Assembly: GCA_964361595.1 (NCBI GenBank) | Contig: CAYIAX010000003.1 | Location: forward strand, 6,071 to 70,070 | Direction: 5' to 3' | DNA: 64,000 nt | Source of the DNA: an uncultured Candidatus Saccharibacteria bacterium | GTDB lineage: Bacteria > Patescibacteriota > Minisyncoccia > UBA6257 > 2-01-FULL-56-20 | Shown: one piece after another, positions 54,969 to 64,000 of the stretch | Layout of the letters: each line of letters starts with the position of its first letter | How positions within the stretch are numbered: the first letter of the stretch is position 1 | The notes under the pieces: model-generated | What the model saw: only the letters and a program-made list of their open reading frames with translations | Databases searched by the model: none | What the model was told of the DNA's origin: nothing | Program-made: the position numbers and the translations under genes

Positions 54969-56204
54969 ATGCGCGAACCGAAGGCCGTTAAGGCCGACAT
55001 TGAAAAACAGCTTGCCAATCCGCCGCATAAGGTTTCAATCGTAAACCTGGTGGATCTTTTTGTTGAGTATTCCTACGTCTTGCGGGCCTCGGATATCCAT
55101 ATCGAGCCGGAGGCGGAGGATTTGCGCGTCCGTTTCCGCGTGGACGGCATGCTCACGGACATTTTCGATAAGAAAAACCTAGATAAGGATTTGCACCAGG
55201 AAATCATCACGCGGATCAAGGTCTTGTCCGGCTTGCGGACGGACGAGCACCTCCTACCGCAGGACGGCCGCTTCAAAGTGAAGCTCGAAGGCTTTGGCGA
55301 GGTGGACGTGCGCGTTTCCATCATGCCGACTTATCACGGCGAGAATGCCATTCTCCGGATTTTGGCCGAGACGCAGTCCTTCAAGCTTGAAGACCTGGGT
55401 TTCGACACGGGCGAGCTCGACAAGGTGAAACGGGCAATGCGCAAATCTTACGGCATGATTTTGGCGAACGGCCCCACGGGTTCGGGCAAGTCCACGACGC
55501 TCTACACGATCTTGAAGCAGTTGAACCAGCCAGACGTTTCGATCATCACGATCGAGGATCCGCTCGAGTATTCGATGGGAGGCACGACGCAGATTCAGGT
55601 GAATAACCAGGTGGGCCTCACTTTTGCGAATGGCTTGCGTTCGATTCTGCGGCAAGATCCCAACATTATCATGGTGGGCGAAATCCGCGACCAGGAAACG
55701 GCGGCAATCGCCGTGAATGCCGCTTTGACTGGTCACTTGGTTTTGTCCACACTTCACACGAACGATTCGGCTACGACTTTTCCGCGCCTCATTGATATGG
55801 GCGTGCCGCCTTTCCTTGTGGCTTCAACTATTAACGTAGCGATGGGCCAGCGGCTTGTGCGCATGGTTTGCCAGAAATGCAAAAAGGATCGTGTCTTGAA
55901 CCCGATGGAGGTAAAAAGCTTGAGCGAAATCATTCCGGATCTGAATCCCAAATTATCTCATTTTTACATGGGCGCGGGCTGCGCCGAGTGCAACGGCTCC
56001 GGCTATGCGGGCCGTATCGGCATCCGCGAAGTCTTGGAGGTGAACGAGGACGTGCGCCAGCTGATCATGGGCCGCGCGAACGCGAAACAGATCAAGGACG
56101 CGGCAATTAAGAACGGCATGACGACGATGGTGAAGGACGGCGTGCAGAAAGCGTTGAAGGGATTAACTTCGCTCGAAGAAGTTTTGCGCATTATCCATGA
56201 GTAA
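54969..56204 (+). CDS. pilB: type IV pilus assembly / type II secretion ATPase (PilB/GspE family)
   Basis: Walker A GPTGSGKSTT, Asp box, Walker B IIMVGEIRD, His box LSTLHTND, and tetracysteine CQKC...CAEC. Confidence 0.85.
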   Translation: MREPKAVKADIEKQLANPPHKVSIVNLVDLFVEYSYVLRASDIHIEPEAEDLRVRFRVDGMLTDIFDKKNLDKDLHQEIITRIKVLSGLRTDEHLLPQDGRFKVKLEGFGEVDVRVSIMPTYHGENAILRILAETQSFKLEDLGFDTGELDKVKRAMRKSYGMILANGPTGSGKSTTLYTILKQLNQPDVSIITIEDPLEYSMGGTTQIQVNNQVGLTFANGLRSILRQDPNIIMVGEIRDQETAAIAVNAALTGHLVLSTLHTNDSATTFPRLIDMGVPPFLVASTINVAMGQRLVRMVCQKCKKDRVLNPMEVKSLSEIIPDLNPKLSHFYMGAGCAECNGSGYAGRIGIREVLEVNEDVRQLIMGRANAKQIKDAAIKNGMTTMVKDGVQKALKGLTSLEEVLRIIHE

Positions 56205-57507
56205 CGCAGGAAATTCTGCCGGCGGTCCCCTTGGCGGCGCGTCCGGCCCGCAATCGCCCATGCCGCCTAAGGCATTGAGCCCCGCTTCCACTCCAGCTTC
56301 CGCCGACGCTAAAGCTTTGGCGGACAAGTCGGCGGGCAAGCCCGCCAGTGAAACGGACAAGACGGATAAAGCGGGTAAACCCTCCGCTGGGGCGGACAAG
56401 TCCCAGGTTACTTCCGAGGCGCCCGCACCAAAGAAAAAATCCAAGTGGGACATCGTACTTTTCGAAAGTTTGAAGATCCAGGACCGGATCAATTTTTCGC
56501 GCCATCTTTCGATCGTGATCAAGGCCGGTTTGCCAGTTTATGAAGGGCTCAAAATCATCCGCAAGCAGACAACCTCCAAATCGCTTTTGCGCATCATTGA
56601 TGACTTGATCACGGACGTAAACAACGGCAAGTTCCTGGCGGACAGTTTGGCCAAGCACCGCCGCGTCTTCGGCGACTTTTTCGTGAGTATCATCCGCGTA
56701 GGGGAATCAAGCGGCACTTTGTCCAAAAATCTCATCTACCTCGCGGAAGAAATGGAAAAGGCGCGCGACCTCAAGGGCAAAATCAAAGCCGCGCTCATCT
56801 ACCCCATTATTCTGCTCGTCGTTACTTTGAGCATCGTGTCTTTCCTTGTAATTTTCGTTTTTCCCAAGCTCATTTCGGTTTTCGCGAGCTTGAGCATCGA
56901 ACTGCCGGCGACAACGCGGATCATGATATTCGTTTCGCAATTCCTTTTGGCCTACGGCCATTTCGTGGTAATTGGGCTGATTCTTTTCGCCATTTTCATT
57001 CGTTTGCTCTTTAAGCACGCAGAATGGTTCCATGCGGCGGTGAATTGGGTGATGCTTTACACGCCGGTTTTGGGTTCGACGACAACCGCAATTAACTCCG
57101 CCAATTTCTCCCGCGTGCTGGGCCTGCTCTTAAAAAGCGGCATCACGATCGTCGAGGGCGTAACGATCACAAGCCAAACTTTCGATAACGTCCTCTATAA
57201 GCGTGCGATCGCTCGCGCCACGGATGCCATTCAGAAAGGAGAAACGATGGCGAGCTATCTTGAACAACATAAAAATCTGTTTTCGCCGCTCTTGATCGGG
57301 CTGATCGAAATCGGCGAGACGACCGGCAATCTTGAAGAAAATCTGGAATACATCGCGCAGTTCTACGCGACCGAGGTGGAGATAAAGATCAGGAATTTGA
57401 CTGCTGTCATGGAACCCATGCTGCTCTTATTTATGGGCGCGCTCGTGGGCTTCGTGGCGGTTTCGATCATCACTCCGATCTATAAAATCACCAATATTGC
57501 CAACTAA
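56197..57507 (+). CDS. pilC: type IV pilus platform protein (PilC/GspF family) with N-terminal Ala/Pro/Lys-rich low-complexity extension
   Basis: Two GspF-type repeats and three TM segments. First ~90 aa are low complexity (SAGKPASETDKTDKAGKPSAGADKSQ). Confidence 0.8.
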   Translation: MSNAGNSAGGPLGGASGPQSPMPPKALSPASTPASADAKALADKSAGKPASETDKTDKAGKPSAGADKSQVTSEAPAPKKKSKWDIVLFESLKIQDRINFSRHLSIVIKAGLPVYEGLKIIRKQTTSKSLLRIIDDLITDVNNGKFLADSLAKHRRVFGDFFVSIIRVGESSGTLSKNLIYLAEEMEKARDLKGKIKAALIYPIILLVVTLSIVSFLVIFVFPKLISVFASLSIELPATTRIMIFVSQFLLAYGHFVVIGLILFAIFIRLLFKHAEWFHAAVNWVMLYTPVLGSTTTAINSANFSRVLGLLLKSGITIVEGVTITSQTFDNVLYKRAIARATDAIQKGETMASYLEQHKNLFSPLLIGLIEIGETTGNLEENLEYIAQFYATEVEIKIRNLTAVMEPMLLLFMGALVGFVAVSIITPIYKITNIAN

Positions 57508-57935
57508 TGCGGCGCGGCGCCACTTTTCTCGAACTCGTCGTTACCGTGGCCATCCTCATGTTCGTGGCCGGGCTTGGCACGGTCGTGAGCGTAAACGGCT
57601 ACCGTTCGGAATCTTTTTCGTCCGAGCATTACAATCTGGTGAATATCCTGCGGCGGGCGCGGAGTGAAGCGCAAAGCAATTTGAATCAGTCCGACCACGG
57701 CATTTATTTCGACGCTGCGGATTATCTGCTTTTTGAGGGGCCGTCCTACGCCTCGCGCACGCCGGATTACGATCTGCGTTTTCCGACGACGGGCGGCATC
57801 ACGGTAACCGGCGCGGCGCAAGTCGTCTTCCGCGCTTTGGACGGGAGCGCCAATACTTCAGCGACTATAATCATGCAAAGCGGCGAACAGTCGAAATCCA
57901 TTCATGTTAATAATGAAGGGAGAATTGAGTGGTAA
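57507..57935 (+). CDS. pseudopilin/pilin-like protein (prepilin-type N-terminus)
   Basis: N-terminal RRGATFLELVVTVAILMFVAGL hydrophobic helix with Glu at the +5-equivalent position. Confidence 0.55.
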   Translation: MRRGATFLELVVTVAILMFVAGLGTVVSVNGYRSESFSSEHYNLVNILRRARSEAQSNLNQSDHGIYFDAADYLLFEGPSYASRTPDYDLRFPTTGGITVTGAAQVVFRALDGSANTSATIIMQSGEQSKSIHVNNEGRIEW

Positions 57936-57985
57936 TAAATTGGTAAGTAGTAAATAGTAGGTAGAATGTAGTAGACCACAAAATA

Positions 57986-59401
57986 ATGAAAAAGAATCTA
58001 CGACCTACAACTTACCACCTACTATCTACCGATCGTAGAGGTCAGTTGACCTTGGAGATTTTAATCGCGCTTACGATCCTTACCTTGAGCATCTCGGCGA
58101 TGGTCGCGGTGCTCTTGGGCGGGCAGGCGACGACAACGGACAGCGGCAAAGCGAACCAAGCGGTGGCCTTGGCGCGCGAGGATCTGGAAAAGAAACAGGT
58201 GGACGCGAAGGTGAATTACAACGGCCTTACCTCGAGCACGAGCCAATACGGCGAATTCACGCGCGCGGTTTCGGTGGAGACCGTGGACGCGAATACGAAG
58301 CGGGTCAAAAGCCGCGTGAGCTGGGCGGACGACCCGTTGCGCGTGCAGGCGGTTGAGCTTATAACTTTAGTCACGAATTGGCGTGATCTTCAGGCTTCGG
58401 GCGGGGACTCGGGCGGGGGCGGCACTTCCGGCGATTGGATGAATCCGCAAACTCTGGGTTCGATCGACTTGGGCGCGGGCGTCTCGGCCACCGACCTTGA
58501 TGTCTTAAATAAATACGTTTATTTATCCGCGAGCGCATCTGACGGCAAGAAGCCGGATATTTTTATCGTGGATGCTACGAATGGACAAACCCCGGTGATC
58601 TTGGGTAGTACCTCGACCGGCCCCGGGCTTTTATCCATCGACACGGCTTCCAGTACGGCCTTCGCCGGCAACGACAAAACGAACGAACAGCTTCATATTA
58701 TTGACGTAAGCAATCGCGCGGCGCCGATCCTTAAATCAACTTTCCAGCTGCCGGGGGTTTCGGGCGCAGGCGCCGTCGGCCAGAGCATTTTTTACAATGC
58801 AAGCAAAATTTATCTGGGCACGAAGAGCGCAAGCGGGCCGGAATTCCATATTGTGGACGTGGCGAATGAACTTGCGCCCGCTTCCGCGGGCAGTCGTGAA
58901 ATCAGCGCCGATGTGAATATGATTGTCGTCGCAAGCGGCATTGCCTACATCGCCACCTCCGACGACAACGAAGAGCTGAAAATTTTGGACGTCTCGAATC
59001 CCGCCAATATAACTCCGCTCGGCAGTTTTAACGCGGCGGGCACGGCGGACGGAACGAGCTTATATTTATACGGCACCACGCTTTATCTTGGGCGCAAGGA
59101 TTCCGGCGATCCGGATTTTTATATTTTGGACGCAGGAAATCCGGCGCAGATCGTAACACTCGGCTCGAAGGACATCGGTTCGGACATAAACGGAATTGTC
59201 GTGCGGGACATTCTGGCCTTTATCGGCACTTCGCACGCGAACCAGGAATTCCAGGTTTGGAATGTGAGCACGCCCGCAAACATCACTTTATGGAGCTCAT
59301 TCAATTTCCCGCAAATTGCGACCGGCATTGATTTCGAGGACAACTTGGTTTACGTCTCTGTGCGGTCGAATGATGCCTTGAGGATTATTACGTCACAATA
59401 G
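57986..59401 (+). CDS. membrane-anchored beta-propeller-like repeat protein (LVIVD-type repeats), probable pilus-associated
   Basis: N-terminal prepilin-like TM (QLTLEILIALTILTLSIS), then about six repeats of the pattern [IL]Y[IL]...D...F.IVDVSNPA (e.g. FHIVDVANELAP, LKILDVSNPANI, FYILDAGNPAQI, FQVWNVSTPANI). Confidence 0.5.
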   Translation: MKKNLRPTTYHLLSTDRRGQLTLEILIALTILTLSISAMVAVLLGGQATTTDSGKANQAVALAREDLEKKQVDAKVNYNGLTSSTSQYGEFTRAVSVETVDANTKRVKSRVSWADDPLRVQAVELITLVTNWRDLQASGGDSGGGGTSGDWMNPQTLGSIDLGAGVSATDLDVLNKYVYLSASASDGKKPDIFIVDATNGQTPVILGSTSTGPGLLSIDTASSTAFAGNDKTNEQLHIIDVSNRAAPILKSTFQLPGVSGAGAVGQSIFYNASKIYLGTKSASGPEFHIVDVANELAPASAGSREISADVNMIVVASGIAYIATSDDNEELKILDVSNPANITPLGSFNAAGTADGTSLYLYGTTLYLGRKDSGDPDFYILDAGNPAQIVTLGSKDIGSDINGIVVRDILAFIGTSHANQEFQVWNVSTPANITLWSSFNFPQIATGIDFEDNLVYVSVRSNDALRIITSQ

Positions 59402-59437
59402 TTTCCAATTTTCAATTACCAATTTCCAATTAATACC

Positions 59438-59977
59438 ATGAAAAATTTTCAATCCCTAAAACCTAAAAGCTTTAAGCTAAAAGCTAGGCAAGGTATGACA
59501 CTTTTGGAAACCTTAATCTACGCCGCTATTTTCGCGACGATGATGGGATTCGTGATTATTGTGCTTTTCCAGATCGTTGATACCCAGCGCGGGCACCAAG
59601 GCCGGGTGGAGGTGGAAACGGAGGCGAATTTTGTGATGCGCAAATTGAGCTGGGCCCTCGAGGGCGCGCAAAGCATCAATTCGCCGGCGGCGGGGGCAAG
59701 TTCATCCCAACTTTCGATAAATAAATTTAACTTCAGCCAAAATCCGCTCGTTTTCGGTTTGGTTGCGGGGACGGTCCAGCTTGCTCGCGGCGCAAGTTCC
59801 GCCATTCCGCTTACGAATTCGAGCGTCGAGGTCACGGAACTCACCTTCGAACATCTCGCACCCTCGGGCGCAAGGCCGGACGGAGTGAAGGTCACGCTTT
59901 CTTTAACCGCTTCTTCGTCGGCGAACATCGTCAAGGCTACGACCACGCTCAAAAATACAATTTATCTGGAAAAATGA
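59438..59977 (+). CDS. pilin-like protein (prepilin-type N-terminus)
   Basis: N-terminal RQGMTLLETLIYAAIFATMMGFVII. Confidence 0.5.
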   Translation: MKNFQSLKPKSFKLKARQGMTLLETLIYAAIFATMMGFVIIVLFQIVDTQRGHQGRVEVETEANFVMRKLSWALEGAQSINSPAAGASSSQLSINKFNFSQNPLVFGLVAGTVQLARGASSAIPLTNSSVEVTELTFEHLAPSGARPDGVKVTLSLTASSSANIVKATTTLKNTIYLEK

Positions 59978-60354
59978 AAGGTTACGTCGCCATCACATCG
60001 GCTTTCATAATTACCGCGCTCATCCTTGTGATCGTGCTGGGCGTGAGTTTATCGGCAGTCTTGACCCGCGAAAATATCTTAAGTTCCGATCTTAAGGAGA
60101 CGAGCAAGGCCTTGGCGGAAGCCTGCGCCGAAACCGCGCTTTTAAAGCTTGCGCAAAATTCCAGTTATGCTGGCAATGAAACGATTACGGTTGCGGCGAG
60201 TACCTGCAGTATCGTCGCGGTCGTAGCGAGCGGGACGCAAAAAATCATCACGACCACGGGCCGCGCTGGCGACGTTTATACTAACCTGCGCGTTACCGCG
60301 AGCTCCTCGCCCGTGCTTTCAATAAGTGGTTGGGAAGAAGTGGTATCATTCTAA
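59974..60354 (+). CDS. pilin-like / minor pseudopilin (uncertain)
   Basis: N-terminal hydrophobic helix KGYVAITSAFIITALILVIVLGV, small size, sits inside the pilus cluster and overlaps the neighbouring genes. Confidence 0.4.
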   Translation: MKGYVAITSAFIITALILVIVLGVSLSAVLTRENILSSDLKETSKALAEACAETALLKLAQNSSYAGNETITVAASTCSIVAVVASGTQKIITTTGRAGDVYTNLRVTASSSPVLSISGWEEVVSF

Positions 60355-60374
60355 TATATCTACGAAATACCAAT

Positions 60375-60875
60375 ATGTACGAATATACGAATATTTTTCA
60401 CAAACAGCGATCGAAGCGGTTCTTTACTCGAAGCGGCTTTACGCTTTTTGAGATCATGCTTTCGATCGCGATTATGGCGATCCTTTTGGTGCTCATTGTA
60501 TTTTTCATTGATCCGGCCAAGCAATTTGCGAAAGCACGGAATACGAGGCGCGAAGTGGACGTGGCGACGACTCTGACCGCGATTTCACGGAATATCGGCG
60601 ACAACAAAGGAAGCTTCAGTTGCAGTTCGGGCGCATTGCCTACAAGCAGCATGAAAATGGCTTCGACGGGAAGTTCTACGTATGATATTGCGCCCTGTCT
60701 CGTGCCGACTTACTTGGACACACTGCCTTATGATCCGAATGCGACAAGTTCCCATTATACGTCGGTTACCGATTACGACACTGGTTATAATATAGTTAGA
60801 AACGCGACGAGCGGCCGCATTACAGTAAACGCCCCAGGCGCGGAGCTAGGGAAGACGATTTCGATCACGAGATAG
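60375..60875 (+). CDS. type IV pilin (prepilin-type N-terminal cleavage/methylation domain)
   Basis: SGFTLFEIMLSIAIMAILLVLIVFF is the class III signal. Start moved to the internal ATG (MYEYTN...). Confidence 0.65.
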   Translation: MYEYTNIFHKQRSKRFFTRSGFTLFEIMLSIAIMAILLVLIVFFIDPAKQFAKARNTRREVDVATTLTAISRNIGDNKGSFSCSSGALPTSSMKMASTGSSTYDIAPCLVPTYLDTLPYDPNATSSHYTSVTDYDTGYNIVRNATSGRITVNAPGAELGKTISITR

Positions 60876-60990
60876 AACGCAGCAAATAGAACGGAGAGGG
60901 CATCGCAAAAATGATAAAGTTAAGAGCCATATGGCTCTTAACTTTATCATTACCAATAATGTGGGCCTCTCGCGTATCAGCCTTCTGCTT

Positions 60991-62109
60991 CTAGCTTTTG
61001 GGTTCTGATTTAAGGTTTTCCAAAATCGCGATTTCCAAAGGGATCATCGGGAAGGGGCTGTAGCGCATTTCGCTGTAGGCGCGGATCAGATTTTTTAAGA
61101 TAGGCAAATGTTTTTGCGGCTGGATTTTCGACGCGCGTTCTTTCATGCGCGCGAGCTCCTCGGCGGTGAGTTCGGATTTATAGATGCCTTCCAGATTAGA
61201 ATTCACGCTTAAAGCGATCGTTTTCCGCAAATAATGGATAAGTTCTTTGACGAGCGAGGTCAGATTATGTCCCTCCTCCTGCAGTTCGGCCGCGGCCGCG
61301 AGGGCCGATTTCGCATCGCTCGCTAAAATGAGATCCATGAACTCCTCGACTTTGCGGAAACCGATGCGGCCAGTGAGCCGCTCGGCGGCGGCAAGGTCAA
61401 TTTCTTTTTCGAATGAACGCAGCTGGTCGAGGATGGATTCCGCGTCGCGGAAACTGCCTTCGCCGGCGGCGGCGACAAGTTCAATCGCCGCTTCGTCAAT
61501 TTTTATTTTTTCCGCCTTTGCGATAGAGGTTAGCTTCTCCATGATCTTAGTTTTGGGGAGGCGCTTGAAAGCAAAACGCTGGGTGCGGGAAGTGATGGTG
61601 GCGGGAAGTTTTTCATACTCCGTGGTGGCCAAAATGAACATTGCATGCGCCGGCGGCTCCTCCAGGGTCTTTAAAAGCGCATTGAAAGCCGGGCCGGTGA
61701 GCATGTGGGCCTCATCAATGATGTAAACGCGCGTCGTGCCCAGGGCCGGCGCGATTTTGATGGCCTCCTTCAAATTTTTGATCTCGTCGATGCCGCGGTT
61801 CGAAGCGGCGTCAATCTCTACGACATCGAAAGAAGCTTGCTCATCGATCGTCTTGCAGAGAAGGCAGGTATTACAGGGTTCGCCCTTCGCGCGGAAAGAC
61901 GCGTCCGTCCGGCGGCGTTCGCAATTCGCAAGTTTGGCCAAGAGGCGGGCCGTCGTCGTTTTGCCGGTGCCGCGGGGGCCGTAGAAAAGGTAAGCTTGGC
62001 CCAGGCGGTTCTCGCGGGCGGCGTTTTGGAGGATGCGCACGGTGGTCTCTTGGCCCAAGAGGTCGGTCAAGGTCTTCGGGCGATATGTGCGGGAAAGTGC
62101 AAAAGCCAT
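60991..62109 (-). CDS. dnaX: DNA polymerase III subunit gamma/tau (short form)
   Basis: Walker A GPRGTGKTT, zinc module CNTCLLC, Walker B IIDEAHML, sensor SRTQRF. Start moved to the internal ATG (MAFALSRTYRP). Confidence 0.85.
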   Translation of the reverse strand: MAFALSRTYRPKTLTDLLGQETTVRILQNAARENRLGQAYLFYGPRGTGKTTTARLLAKLANCERRRTDASFRAKGEPCNTCLLCKTIDEQASFDVVEIDAASNRGIDEIKNLKEAIKIAPALGTTRVYIIDEAHMLTGPAFNALLKTLEEPPAHAMFILATTEYEKLPATITSRTQRFAFKRLPKTKIMEKLTSIAKAEKIKIDEAAIELVAAAGEGSFRDAESILDQLRSFEKEIDLAAAERLTGRIGFRKVEEFMDLILASDAKSALAAAAELQEEGHNLTSLVKELIHYLRKTIALSVNSNLEGIYKSELTAEELARMKERASKIQPQKHLPILKNLIRAYSEMRYSPFPMIPLEIAILENLKSEPKS

Positions 62110-62178
62110 GTTGTAACGATTGGCCTTATAGTATACTATGCAAAGTAATTTTACCATTCACAAATTTGTCTCTCTAAT

Positions 62179-63378
62179 ATGGCCAAAGTGCTTGCCGCCA
62201 TCGTTCTACCCATGCTCCTCGCGGGATTTTTTTTATTTTTCCCGCCCCGCGAAATTAAGATTACAGCCGCGCCGGCGGGGGTGGAGAATAATAACGTGCT
62301 CGCCCTAAACGAAGCGGCGGAGGGCACTTCAACCAAGCCCGTAAACGCGCCCTTGGCAAACCCGTCCCTGGAAGTGCGGGCAATTTATCTGACTGGCTGG
62401 ACAGCAGGTTCGGAGAAGATGCGCAAAGCTGCTTTGGACTTGATCGAGAAAAACAAGTTAAACGGCGTGGTTGTCGATATCAAAGATTACTCCGGCTACC
62501 TTTCTTATCGCACCGGTATTCCTGCGGCCCAGGCGGCGGGAGCGGAACGGCAAGTGCGGATCACGGACATCGACAAGGTGATTAAAGAATTCCATGACCG
62601 TAATATTTATGTGATCGGCCGGATCAGCGTTTTTGAAGATACGATTTTTGCCAAAGCCAATCCGGAATATGCCTTGAAGAACAAGACTACCGGCGAAATT
62701 TGGCGGGATAAGAAGGGGCTCGCGTGGCTCGATCCCGCGGCTCGGCCGGTCTGGGATTATGTTGTTGCGATCGCCAAGGACGCCCGGGCCAAGGGTTTCG
62801 ACGAAATTAATTTCGATTACATCCGTTTTTCTTCGGATGGGGATCTGGAAACGATCGCATTTCCAGTTTGGGATGGTACAGGCACGCGCGCGGATGTGAT
62901 GAAAGATTTTTTCGTTTATCTGCGCAGCGAGCTTAAGGAGATCCCGATCTCCGGAGATATTTTCGGCCTCGTAACCGTCGAGGCGGGGGACTTGGGCATC
63001 GGGCAGGTTCTCGAGCACGCTTTGCCTTATTTCGATTATTTGGCTCCGATGGTTTATCCTTCTCATTACGGGACGGGATTCCGCGGCTACAAAAATCCGG
63101 CTCAATACCCTTACGAAGTGGTGAGTTATTCCCTGGCGGAGGCGAACCGCCGCCGCGCGGCTTACGCCAAGAAAATCGCCACCTCGACGCCGAACCTGAA
63201 GCTTGCCCAATTCCGTCCTTGGCTGCAGGTTTTTGACCTCGGCGCTGCATATACTAAGCCGATGATCGAGAAAGAAATCCAGGCCGTAAGCGATGTGCTT
63301 AAGGCCGGAACTTCGACCGGCGGCTGGAGCGGCTGGCTTTTGTGGGATCCGGCTAACAGCTACACACCCTTAAAATGA
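62179..63378 (+). CDS. putative TIM-barrel glycoside hydrolase-like protein (DUF4015-like), membrane-anchored
   Basis: N-terminal TM. YLTGWTAG...NGVVVDIKDYSGY...GRISVFED...GFDEINFDYIRF resembles the DUF4015/GH-like pattern. Assignment is tentative. Confidence 0.45.
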   Translation: MAKVLAAIVLPMLLAGFFLFFPPREIKITAAPAGVENNNVLALNEAAEGTSTKPVNAPLANPSLEVRAIYLTGWTAGSEKMRKAALDLIEKNKLNGVVVDIKDYSGYLSYRTGIPAAQAAGAERQVRITDIDKVIKEFHDRNIYVIGRISVFEDTIFAKANPEYALKNKTTGEIWRDKKGLAWLDPAARPVWDYVVAIAKDARAKGFDEINFDYIRFSSDGDLETIAFPVWDGTGTRADVMKDFFVYLRSELKEIPISGDIFGLVTVEAGDLGIGQVLEHALPYFDYLAPMVYPSHYGTGFRGYKNPAQYPYEVVSYSLAEANRRRAAYAKKIATSTPNLKLAQFRPWLQVFDLGAAYTKPMIEKEIQAVSDVLKAGTSTGGWSGWLLWDPANSYTPLK

Positions 63379-64000
63379 CCTACGAATTAGCACTCGAAAA
63401 ATTCCAGGGACCTTTGGACAAGCTCTTAGAACTCATTGAGGAGCGCAAGCTTGAAATTACCGAGATCAGCCTGGCGGAAGTTACGGACGATTTTTTGAAA
63501 TATTTGGGCAAATTAAAAGCCGCGACGGCGGAGCGGCCCACGCGAGAAGACATCCAGATGCTCGCTGATTTCGTGGTAACGGCAAGCCGGTTAATTTTCA
63601 TCAAGTCAAAATCGCTGTTGCCGGAGTTTACTTTAAGCTTGGAAGAGGAAGCCGAGATCAAAGATCTTGAGGCGCGGCTTCTGATCTACCGCGAGTTCAA
63701 GCCCGCTCTGAAACTCATCCATGGACTGTGGCTCACGGGCGAGCGCGCCTGGAGCCGTCCTTATTTTTCGGTTTTCGCCGACGGGCTCAAGGTTTTCTAT
63801 CCGGGCGAAACTTTGGACGAGCGGGCGCTCGCGGGCTCATTGGGCAAGCTTTTCCAAACGCTCGAGAAATTCACCTTGGAGACCGCAGTCGTCAAGGAAA
63901 AAATAATTTCGCTTGAAGAAAAAATCCAAGAGGTTGTGGCGCGCATCAAAACTTTGGAGTCGGCGCACTTTTCGGAGCTGACGGCGGAAAAACCGCGCGG
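63375..64000 (+). CDS. scpA: segregation and condensation protein A (partial; 3' end beyond the window)
   Basis: The frame stays open from the ATG at 63375 to the window end. FQGPLDKLLELIEERKLEITEISLAEVTDDFLKYL matches the ScpA N-terminus (FEGPLDLLLHLI...IxxITDQYL). Start overlaps the upstream stop (ATGA). Confidence 0.7.
   Translation, partial: MTYELALEKFQGPLDKLLELIEERKLEITEISLAEVTDDFLKYLGKLKAATAERPTREDIQMLADFVVTASRLIFIKSKSLLPEFTLSLEEEAEIKDLEARLLIYREFKPALKLIHGLWLTGERAWSRPYFSVFADGLKVFYPGETLDERALAGSLGKLFQTLEKFTLETAVVKEKIISLEEKIQEVVARIKTLESAHFSELTAEKPR

Noticed and set aside
55254-56658. Minus-strand ORFs of 167, 119 and 155 aa inside pilB and the pilC 5' region
   Set aside because: They are antisense to well-supported pilB and pilC. 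The pilC low-complexity GC-rich region produces long stop-free antisense frames.
62458-63250. Minus-strand ORFs of 250 aa and 105 aa
   Set aside because: Antisense to the 62179-63378 gene; GC-rich stop-free frames only.

Overview
This 64 kb window reads like a reduced-genome bacterial chromosome segment, probably Patescibacteria/CPR-like. That placement is an inference from gene content: a split transketolase, many scattered prepilin-type genes, a type IV pilus cluster, a partial riboflavin pathway and several promoters that look leaderless.

Core genes on the left half include trmH-like, an ECF sigma factor, gap, capA-like, rpiB, rpe, tktN/tktC, a PfkB kinase, fba, rplY, an MltB-like hydrolase, an M16 peptidase, metG, tatD, leuS, htrA-like, cofE-like with ribH/ribE/riboflavin kinase, an ATP-grasp ligase and a DEAD-box helicase.

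From about 34.0 to 54.9 kb the window becomes a mosaic accessory stretch. It holds five intact tRNAs (Ser-CGA, Ala-GGC, Ala-TGC, Ser-TGA, Thr-CGT, and a Gln-CTG further on) plus a graveyard of tRNA fragments. A family of six ~34-40 bp palindromes built from tandem ACATTCT heptamers is scattered through the intergenic regions here, with other long perfect palindromes of 34-44 bp beside them. An ArsR-like regulator gene is bracketed by a perfect 32 bp inverted repeat. Visually AT-rich hypothetical gene modules (34.7-36.0, 39.5-40.2, 49.05-51.3 and 52.6-54.7 kb) are interleaved with housekeeping genes: uppS, alr, NUDIX, prfB with its programmed +1 frameshift, ftsEX, HIT, an ABC exporter, dsbB/thioredoxin-like. 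A freestanding GIY-YIG nuclease and a LAGLIDADG homing endonuclease flank tRNA-Gln, next to a Pif1/RecD-like helicase. The right end carries a pilB-pilC-pilin type IV pilus cluster, dnaX, a TIM-barrel hydrolase-like gene and the start of scpA.

The best candidates for an undescribed system are the palindrome-bracketed two-gene module at 49051-51307 and the neighbouring hypothetical-plus-helicase pair.
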